The notes beneath the pieces are model-generated. The model saw only the letters and a program-made list of their open reading frames with translations, had not been told where the DNA came from and did no database searches. The translations under genes were made by a program, and so were the position numbers. Shown here one piece after another: positions 56,963 through 64,000 of a stretch of DNA of 64,000 bases. Source of the DNA: an uncultured Gemmatimonadaceae bacterium (GTDB taxonomy: Bacteria > Gemmatimonadota > Gemmatimonadetes > Gemmatimonadales > Gemmatimonadaceae); assembly GCA_963843845.1 (NCBI GenBank), contig CAWJMB010000002.1:992001-1056000 (forward strand), written 5' to 3'. Each line of letters starts with the position of its first letter. Position 1 is the stretch's first letter.

Positions 56963-57152
56963 GGGGGTGGGTCGGTGGTGGGGCGTCGCCGCGTCGGAGA
57001 TCTCCGCGGCACCAGTCTCCCGCTCGCGCAGCTCGTCGGTCCGGATCCCCGTCGGCGCGGCAGGACCGCCGACGAGATGCCAGGGGCGCGACGAGCACGA
57101 CACGAGTCGCGGGTCAGCGCCGTAGGGCTCGGGATCTCTGACCCACAGAACA

Positions 57153-58289
57153 ATGCACACAGACGCGGCGTCAGGGCGACGCGTGCCACGCTGGTGGGCG
57201 CGCTGCCTGGTACTGATCGCTGGGACCGTCGGTCCGACGCGTGCGGAGGCGCACGAGGGCTGGGGCATCGTCCGGGACCGCCTGGGGCGGGTCTATGTCG
57301 CCGACATTGCCGCCAACACCGTGTGGATGCTCTCGGGCAACGGCCGTCTCGACCCCGTGCTCCGCGACGTCCACACGCACGCGCTGGTGGTCCACGGCGA
57401 CGGCCGCGTGTACGGGACGGACGTGTCCAACACCGCGCGCAGCCTCTGGCGTCTCGAGGGGGCAGGCCGGACGTCGGTGGTGGTGCCCCCGTCGGCCGGT
57501 TTTCCGCTCGACCTGCAGAGCCTCGCCGTGGACGCGAGCGGCCGTGTGTATTCGGGGACGCCGTACCAGCCGTACGCGGATCGGGGGCGACGGACCCTGT
57601 ATCTGCTCCGCTGGTCCCGCGCGGGCGCCGTCGACACGCTGGCAGGCGGCCTGCTCGGCCACTCCGACGGGGTGGGGCGCGCGGCGCGCTTCCAGGAGCT
57701 GCTCGGGATGGCCTGGCTCAGCGACGGGAGCCTCGCCGTGGTCGACGGGCCCTACGTGCGCCGCGTCGATGCCGATGGCGGCGTGACGACGCTGGCCGGT
57801 CCGCTCACGCGGCCGCGCTTCGGGCAGGCGCTGATGGGGCTCACCGCCTCCGGCGATGGCAGTGTCCTCGTGGCCGACTTCGCGGGGCGACGCGTGCAGC
57901 GGCTCCGGGGAGGGGCCGCGGAGGTCGTCGTTCCGCGCACGGGCTGGTTCTGGGCGCCGACCGGCGCGCTCCAGACGGAGCGGGGGATCTACGTGCTCGA
58001 GCATCCACGTGCGCCGCTCGGCATCCTCGGCGACTTGCGGGTCGGACCGTACCTCCGGCTTCGCGTCGTGGAGGCGGAGGGAGCGTCGCGCGTGCTCGCA
58101 CGGCGGTGGGGGGATCGGTCCACCGCGGCAGCCATGGCAGCGGCGTCGGCCACCTTCGGCATCGCGGCCCTCGGGATCCTGCGACGGCGCCGCCGACGCC
58201 GGTCGGGCTCCCGACAGGGCGGCGGTCGACTGTCGAGCCGGCGCACGCTGCCGGTCGAGACGCCGTTGGGCCGTGCGGCAGGGAGCTGA
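57153..58289 (+). CDS. Secreted NHL/beta-propeller protein with C-terminal membrane anchor
   Basis: Signal peptide (AEA-HEGWGIV), GRVYVAD, DGVGRAARF NHL-like repeats; hydrophobic helix followed by a poly-Arg tail. Confidence 0.7.
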   Translation: MHTDAASGRRVPRWWARCLVLIAGTVGPTRAEAHEGWGIVRDRLGRVYVADIAANTVWMLSGNGRLDPVLRDVHTHALVVHGDGRVYGTDVSNTARSLWRLEGAGRTSVVVPPSAGFPLDLQSLAVDASGRVYSGTPYQPYADRGRRTLYLLRWSRAGAVDTLAGGLLGHSDGVGRAARFQELLGMAWLSDGSLAVVDGPYVRRVDADGGVTTLAGPLTRPRFGQALMGLTASGDGSVLVADFAGRRVQRLRGGAAEVVVPRTGWFWAPTGALQTERGIYVLEHPRAPLGILGDLRVGPYLRLRVVEAEGASRVLARRWGDRSTAAAMAAASATFGIAALGILRRRRRRRSGSRQGGGRLSSRRTLPVETPLGRAAGS

Positions 58290-58361
58290 ACGCACCGCGG
58301 AGGGCGCGACGGGTGACGCGACACCGTCGTGCGGCCGAGCGTGGTGTGCGATGAGGGTGCG

Positions 58362-58700
58362 TCAGCCGTCGGTCGTTGCCCGGGGAGGAGGCGTTCGCAT
58401 GGCTGCGCCCTGAAGACGTACGAGCGCCCACGCGGCGTGCTCCCACACGAGGGGCTCCGGGTCGTCGAGCGCGCGCGTGACTACGTCGGTGTGGTCCGCC
58501 GTGCCGATGTTCCCCAGCACCAGCGCCGCGTCGCGCTTCAATCCGCGCAGCTTCGCGCGCTCCATCGGCGAGCCCTTGAACGCGGCACTGAACTCCGGCT
58601 GCGACATGGCTGACAGCTCGCGCGCGAACCGCACGTTCCACGGCACCCGTCCTGAGACGTCTGGCGGTATACCCGTTTCGTGATCTCTCTCCGGACCGGG
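58362..58700 (-). pseudogene. queG: Degenerate duplicate of the 3' end of queG
   Basis: PWNVRF..MSQPEFSAAFKGSPMERAKLRGLKRDAALVLGNIGT..LDDPEPLVWEHAAWAL aligns with the C-terminus of the queG at 59576; 18-bp exact match at 58626-58643 and 59873-59890. Confidence 0.88.
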
Positions 58701-58841
58701 AGCCGAACGCTCGGCATGTCAGAGGCTTGGGCATCTCTAGCCGGGCGGTCCCCGATTGCCGTCCGTTCACCGCGCCGGTAGCATTCCTGTCCAGTCTGGA
58801 TAGGTTTCGGAGTTTTCGACGACGTGGCGTGCGGAGGATAG

Positions 58842-59126
58842 ATGGACACGTGGACGCTCGAGAAGGCGAAGAATGGGTTCAGCGAGGTAGTACGACGGGC
58901 GCTGGACCATCAGCCGCAACTGGTCACGCGCGGCCGGCGTGGCGACGATGCCGTCGTCGTCATTGCGCGATCCGACTACGAGCGGCTCGTCGCGCCGACG
59001 AATCTCGTCGATTTCCTCCGTGACTCCCCGCTCGCCGAGGTGATCGCTGAGGGCGCCGCCGGTACTTCGGGACGCACCAATCCATTCGAGCGGCCGCGCG
59101 ACCTCGGTCGAAACGTCGAGTTCTGA
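58842..59126 (+). CDS. Phd/YefM family antitoxin
   Basis: WTLEKAKNGFSEVVRRA..PQLVTRG..AVVVI; GGAGG RBS. Confidence 0.9.
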   Translation: MDTWTLEKAKNGFSEVVRRALDHQPQLVTRGRRGDDAVVVIARSDYERLVAPTNLVDFLRDSPLAEVIAEGAAGTSGRTNPFERPRDLGRNVEF

Positions 59127-59144
59127 CAGAGGTCCCCAGCGCCG

Positions 59145-59579
59145 ATGCGTTACCTGCTGGACACGAACGTGATCTCGGAGCTCGTGCGGCCGTCGCCCAC
59201 GGCCAGCGTCGTCGAGTGGGTACGTGTACAGTCCGCTCTCGATCTGACGCTCAGTGTGCTCACGCTCGGCGAGGTGGAGACGGGCATCCGTAACCTCGCC
59301 GACGGGGCGCGTCGGGATCGTCTGACGCGCTGGGCGCGGACCGAGCTGCCAGCGCAGTTTCTCGGTCGGCTGCTCCCCGTAGATCAGGAGATTGCCGTCG
59401 CGTGGGGCGAACTGACTGCAGCCGCCCAAGCCGCCGGCCGCCCGCTCCCGGCGATAGACGGTCTGCTGCTCGCCACCGCCGGAGCGCACGGGCTGACGCT
59501 CGTCACGCGTAACGTCTCGGACTGCGGCGGGCGCGGAATCCCGGTGTTCGATCCCTGGACGGGCACGCTGCACCGTTAG
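59145..59579 (+). CDS. vapC: VapC PIN-domain toxin
   Basis: YLLDTNVISE, TLGEV, IDGLLLATA, LVTRNVSD. Confidence 0.92.
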   Translation: MRYLLDTNVISELVRPSPTASVVEWVRVQSALDLTLSVLTLGEVETGIRNLADGARRDRLTRWARTELPAQFLGRLLPVDQEIAVAWGELTAAAQAAGRPLPAIDGLLLATAGAHGLTLVTRNVSDCGGRGIPVFDPWTGTLHR

Positions 59580-60660
59580 GCGCGATCGAGTCGGTCGAGT
59601 GCCCACGCCGCATGCTGGGATACGATCGGCTCGTGATCGTCGAGGGCTTGTCGGAGCACGGGGAGGTCCTCCACGGTGCCGACGTTGCCGAGCACCACGG
59701 CGGCGTTGCGCTTCAGCCCCCGCAGCTTCGCGCGCTTCATGGGCGAACCCTTGAAGGCGCGGCTGAACTCCTCCTGCGACATGCCTAACAGTTCGTGCGC
59801 GAGCGTGCGCGCGTCCTTGCCCGCGACCGCCGGGCGCGCCGCGAACGGGGAGTCGTCAGGCAGCGCCTTCGAGAACCGCACGTTCCACGGGCACACGTCC
59901 TGGCACACGTCGCACCCGTACAGCCGCTCGCCCGTCAGCCGCCGCAGCGGGTCGGGGATCGCTCCCTTCGCCTCGATCGTGAGGTACGAGATGCACCGCG
60001 TCGCGTCGAGCACCCGCGGCGCGACGAAGGCGTCGGTCGGGCACGCGTCGAGGCAGCGCGTACACGTCCCGCAGCGGTCGGCCTCGAACGGCGCGTCTGG
60101 CGCCAGCTCGATGCCTAACAGCAGCGCGCCGAGGAAGAAGAACGAGCCGAGCGTCGGGTTGAGCAGCATCGTGTTCTTGCCGAACCAGCCGAGCCCCGCC
60201 CGCCGCGCGAGGTCGCGCTCGAGGATCGGCCCGGTGTCGACGTAGGCCTTGCCCGCGATCGGCCGGCCGGCGTGCGCCGCGATCGCCTCGTGCAGCGCGC
60301 CGCAGCCGCTCGACCATCACGTCGTGATAGTCGGCGCCGCGCGCGTAGCGCGCGACCGGCCCCGCCGGCTCGCGCCCGCCGTAGCTCATGCCGACGACGA
60401 CCGCGCTCGCGACCCCCTCGTACGGCGCGCGCGTGTCGCGCCGCTTCTCCGCGCCGCGCGCGAGCCACGGCGCCATCTCCCCCGCATACCCCTCGGCCAG
60501 CCACGCCTCGAACGCGCCGGCGGTCTCCACCGCACCGAGCGTCGTGATGCCGACGAGGTCGAAGCCGAGGCCGTAGGCCTGCGCCTTCGCGAATGCCTCG
60601 AGCGAGCAGCGCCGCGGGCGCCGCGGGCGCCGCGGGCACGTCGGCGACCGCCGGACTCAC
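59576..60660 (-). CDS. queG: tRNA epoxyqueuosine reductase (frameshifts near 60595 and 60300)
   Basis: VARYARGADYH, VDTGPILER, GWFGKN, CGTCTRCLDACP, CISYLTIE, GCDVCQDVCPWN, HEAT-like C-terminus. Confidence 0.9.
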
Positions 60661-60905
60661 CGCTGACGCCCGATCCAGCGCGCGTAGCGGATCACGTCCT
60701 CCGCCGGCGGGATCGCCTCCTCGTCGCCGTACGCGGTGTACATCCGCCACCGCACGTACTCCGGCGGCGGCAGCGGGAGGAACGGGGCTTGCCGCCACCA
60801 GCCGCGCATCCGGAATCGCCACGCGACGCGCAGCAGGTCGACCGCGAGCGGCGGCCAGACGAGCGCGCGCGGAGCGAGCGTGAGCACGAGACGGAGCCAG
60901 CGCAT
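60657..60905 (-). CDS. Small hypothetical protein
   Basis: WWRQAPFLPLPPPEYVRWRMYTAYGD; GTGA overlap with the queG start (true start uncertain). Confidence 0.65.
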   Translation of the reverse strand: MRWLRLVLTLAPRALVWPPLAVDLLRVAWRFRMRGWWRQAPFLPLPPPEYVRWRMYTAYGDEEAIPPAEDVIRYARWIGRQR

Positions 60906-60927
60906 CCACGAATCTCACGGAGCCCGC

Positions 60928-61173
60928 ATGCTCTATCAACTCATCTCGCTCGTCGGCGCGGCGATGATCCTCGCCGCGTACGTCGCACTCCAGCGCGGCT
61001 GGCTCGCCAAGGAGGCGCGGCTCTTCAACGCGCTCAACTTCGTCGGCAGCGTGCTGCTGACCGTCGTCGCGGTCGTCGACCGGCGGTGGGGGTTCATCAT
61101 CCTCGAGGGGAGCTGGGCGCTCCTCTCGCTCTGGCCGCTGCTCCGGCCGCCCACCGCAGCCCCGCGCGGCTGA
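60928..61173 (+). CDS. CBU_0592-like small membrane protein
   Basis: LVGAAMILAAY, LNFVGS, FIILEGSWALLS; GGAG RBS. Confidence 0.75.
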   Translation: MLYQLISLVGAAMILAAYVALQRGWLAKEARLFNALNFVGSVLLTVVAVVDRRWGFIILEGSWALLSLWPLLRPPTAAPRG

Positions 61174-61191
61174 CGCGCCCGGCCGCCGCCG

Positions 61192-62475
61192 TCACTGCTT
61201 CGCGTACGACTCCAGATCCAACCCGAGCAGCAGCGTCGCCGCGACGAGCACGCCGAGATGAAGAACGGCACCCCGACCCCGAAGTGGTCGAACGTGAAGC
61301 CGGCGATCACCGGGTAGATCGCGCGCGACGCGCCGCCGAACGTCTGCTGCACGCCCATGTACAGCCCGCGCTCGTCGTTCGAGATGACGCGCGAGAGGAG
61401 GGCGGTCACGCACGGAAAGGTGAACGCCGCGCCGAGCGGCATGAGCGCCACGGCGATCGCGAGCTGCCAGTACTCGCGACGTCAGCGGCAGCAGTCCGAG
61501 CCCCGCCGCCATGAGCACGAGCCCGACGCGCGAGAGCTTGCGCCTCGCCGAGCCAGTCGACGAGCTTGCCGAGGAAGACGGCGCGCGTCACGACCGAGAT
61601 GACGCCGACGTACATGAAGAAGTAGCCGATGGTCGTCGCCGTCACGCCGTAGCGCACCGCGAGGAAGAGTGCGAGGATCGAGTTCACGCCCTGGAACGCG
61701 CCGATCGACACCGCGTAGATCCAGATCAGCCGCGACGCCGGCTCCGCCGAGTGCGTGACGACGCGCGCCACCGCCGACCTCGACGTCCGCCGCCCCTTCG
61801 AGCTCTGTCGCCGACGCCGTCGTGCGACTCGGTGAGGTAGATGCTCGCGAACGCGATGTTCATGACGCACAGCGCCGCCGCGACGAGTCCCGGGCCCGGC
61901 GCTCCCGACCCCGAGCGTCAGCGAGCCGAGCACCGGGCCCAACGCGACGCCGGCGTTCGTCGCCGCCGACAGCCAGCCGAGGCTCTTCGCGCGGTCCTGC
62001 GGGCGCGTCGCGTCGGCGACGTAGGCCTGGATGACGCCGACCGTGCCGCCGCCGGCGCCCTGCACGAGACGCGACAGGAAGAGCAGCCAGAGCGATGTTC
62101 GCGAACGCGAAGATGACGTACGCGATCGCCGACGGCGACGAGCGCGATCATGAGCGCCGGGCGGCGGCCGAACTTGTCGGAGAAGCGTCCCCAGAGCGGC
62201 GCGCTCGCGAGCTGCGCGACCGTGAAGGCCGAGACGAGCAACGCCGTGATCTGGCCGACGCCGAGGTGGTAGTTGCCGAGGAACGGGAGGTGAATCCGTC
62301 GCCGCCGAGCCGCTTCACGTAGAACGGCAGCTGCGGGATGATCATCAGCACGCCGACCATGTCGATGAACGCCGTGATCATCAGCACGACCAGCTTGCCG
62401 ACCGTCGCCGGCTCCCCCGCATTCGGCGTCGGGGGCGCGTATCCGGCCGGGACGTTCGTCGACGCGGTCGCTCAT
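61192..62475 (-). CDS. MFS transporter, TetA/DHA1-like (frameshifted)
   Basis: TAFIDMVG, WGRFSDKFGRRP (motif A), QAYVADAT, GVALGPVLG. Confidence 0.85.
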
Positions 62476-63365
62476 TCGGCGCGGCCGAGCGCGGCGGGCG
62501 GCGTCGCGCGGCCGACGACGCCGGCGAGCGCGACGATCGTCAGCACGTACGGAATCATCTCGACGAACTGCGACGGGATCAGTTGCGCCCCCTGCAGCTG
62601 GATCTGGAACGTCTCGGCGGCCGCGAACAGCAGGCAGGCACCCGCGACGCGCTTCGGGTCCCAGCGGCCGAAGATCACGGCCGCGAGCGCGATGAAGCCG
62701 CGACCGGCCGTCATGCCGTCGGTGAACTGATGCTGGTCGAGCGCGAGGTACGCGCCGGCGAGCCCCGCGAGCACGCCGGAGAGCGCGACGCCGACGACGC
62801 GGATCCGCGGCACCGAGACGCCCAACGACGTCGCCGCCTCGGGCTTCTCGCCGACGGCGCGCGCGCGCAGCCCGAATGGCGTGCGATAGAGCAGCCAGCC
62901 GACGAACGGCACGGTCGCCAGTCCGATCCAGACGAGCGGGTTGAGCAACGACGCCGTGAGTGAGCCGAGCGCCGCGTTCCCCGACAGCTGCTCCCCGCCG
63001 AAGCCCGGCACGCGCGGCGAGTTCGACGAGCTGTCGAACGCGAAGCGCAGGAAGAAGCGCGTCGCGCCGACGGCGAGCAGATTGAGCGCGACGCCGACGA
63101 CGACCTGGTCGGCCCTGAAGCGCACCGCGGCGAGCGCGTAGAGCAGCGCCATCACGAGCCCCGCGGCGACGCCGGCCGCGAGCCCCGCCCACGGCCCGCC
63201 CAGGTAGTAGCTGCCCAACGCCGCGCCGAACGCGCCGCTCAGCATGAACCCTTCGAGCGTGAGCGCGACGACCCCGACGCGCTCGCTCATCACCCCGCCG
63301 CTCGCCGCGAGGAGATACGGAACGACGATGCGCAGCGTCTGCGCGAGGAAGACGAGGAGGATCAT
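62472..63365 (-). CDS. ABC transporter permease (nucleoside/simple-sugar, BMP-type)
   Basis: SERVGVVALTLEG, RTPFGLRARAVGEKP, AGRGFIALAAVIFG, PYVLT. Confidence 0.88.
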   Translation of the reverse strand: MILLVFLAQTLRIVVPYLLAASGGVMSERVGVVALTLEGFMLSGAFGAALGSYYLGGPWAGLAAGVAAGLVMALLYALAAVRFRADQVVVGVALNLLAVGATRFFLRFAFDSSSNSPRVPGFGGEQLSGNAALGSLTASLLNPLVWIGLATVPFVGWLLYRTPFGLRARAVGEKPEAATSLGVSVPRIRVVGVALSGVLAGLAGAYLALDQHQFTDGMTAGRGFIALAAVIFGRWDPKRVAGACLLFAAAETFQIQLQGAQLIPSQFVEMIPYVLTIVALAGVVGRATPPAALGRAE

Positions 63366-64000
63366 CGCCGCACCACGCCGCGCGCCGCGCCGCGGAGCAC
63401 GCGCCGCACCTCGGGCACCGACGTCGCCATCGCGAGGATCACGACGGCCTGCAGCACCTCGACCATCTGCTTCGGCACCAGCGCGTTCACCGCGAGCCCG
63501 CCCTGCGACAGCGTCGCGAAGAGCAGCGCGGCGAGGACGATGCCCACCGGATGGTTGCGTCCCACGAGCGCGACCGCGATGCCGAGGAAGCCGGAGCCGG
63601 TCGCGAACCCTTCCTCGTAGTAGTGCTTGTAGCCGAGGACGAAGTTGAGGCCGCCGAGCCCGGCGAGCGCGCCCGAGAGGGCGAGCGCGCGCACCCACAC
63701 GCGGCCCACCCTCACCCCGCCGTACTCCGCCGCGTCGGGCTGCAGGCCGACCGCGCGCAGCTCGTAGCCGCTCCGCGTGCGGAACAGGAACCACCAGACC
63801 GCCGCCGCGCTCCCAGCCGCGATCAGCAGCACGAGGTTCGCCGCCGAGCCGCGGAACATCGGCATGAACGACGCGAGGCGCGGCACCGCGCCGACGAGCG
63901 ACTCGGGCGTGTGCAGCGTCTCCGGGACGTGCAGCGTGTTCGCGACGACGAAGTTCAGCAGCGCGAGCACGATGAAGTTGAGCATGATCGTGACGATCAC
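63362..64000 (-). CDS. ABC transporter permease (5' part outside the window)
   Basis: IVTIMLNFI, GYELRAVG, GFLGIAVALVGRNHP. Confidence 0.85.
   Translation of the reverse strand: MIVTIMLNFIVLALLNFVVANTLHVPETLHTPESLVGAVPRLASFMPMFRGSAANLVLLIAAGSAAAVWWFLFRTRSGYELRAVGLQPDAAEYGGVRVGRVWVRALALSGALAGLGGLNFVLGYKHYYEEGFATGSGFLGIAVALVGRNHPVGIVLAALLFATLSQGGLAVNALVPKQMVEVLQAVVILAMATSVPEVRRVLRGAARGVVRR

Noticed and set aside
58842..59579. TA pair as part of a prophage or IS
   Set aside because: No integrase, transposase, terminal inverted repeats or phage genes in the window.
43781..60660. gluQ and queG as a queuosine or 7-deazaguanine DNA-modification island
   Set aside because: They are 15 kb apart with unrelated genes between them; no tgt/dpdA/queCDEF present.
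8722..62475. Numerous frameshifted genes as mass pseudogenisation or programmed frameshifting
   Set aside because: Breaks are single-base indels in GC runs, cluster regionally and hit housekeeping genes (argJ, queG) with motifs intact and no obvious in-frame stops. This is typical of unpolished long-read assembly; reads are needed to be certain.

Overview
Very GC-rich bacterial chromosomal DNA (roughly three-quarters G+C by eye). The gene content suggests Gemmatimonadota: many secreted peptidases, Tat/Sec signal peptides and small lineage-style hypothetical proteins. This taxonomy is an inference. About 57 genes or gene remnants are present. Many carry 1-5 single-base frameshifts, including housekeeping genes such as argJ and queG, most simply explained as long-read indel errors. 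Left to right: Rid protein and an iorA-iorB-xdhC-mocA-patatin operon divergent from a PQQ/cytochrome-c dehydrogenase; GGT; tricorn protease; an ECF42-DGPF pair; a micro-operon of two small membrane proteins plus an ECF sigma; H-NOX with a GAF-GGDEF-EAL partner; a DUF5916-like outer-membrane protein; rsmD, argJ, fabF; a hydrolase/peptidase cluster; cspA; a TolC-HlyD-ABC export operon with a divergent wHTH regulator; gluQ; amidase; a second tricorn; a PGRP-like amidase; ilvA-like, His-phosphatase and nnrD; an accessory patch (54.3-59.6 kb) ending in a phd-vapC module between queG and a decayed copy of queG's 3' end; MFS and ABC permeases. No rRNA, tRNA, CRISPR array, integrase or transposase was seen. 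The most interesting signals are: (1) a dispersed 7-mer GTT(A/G)GGC (at least 30 copies) that uses rare TTA/TTG codons at Leu-Gly; (2) the queG 3'-end duplication, a possible cargo-integration hotspot; (3) an export ABC protein with degenerate ATPase motifs and no adjacent cargo; (4) two copies of a palindromic element with 9-nt periodicity; (5) a cspA leader containing a terminator-like hairpin.
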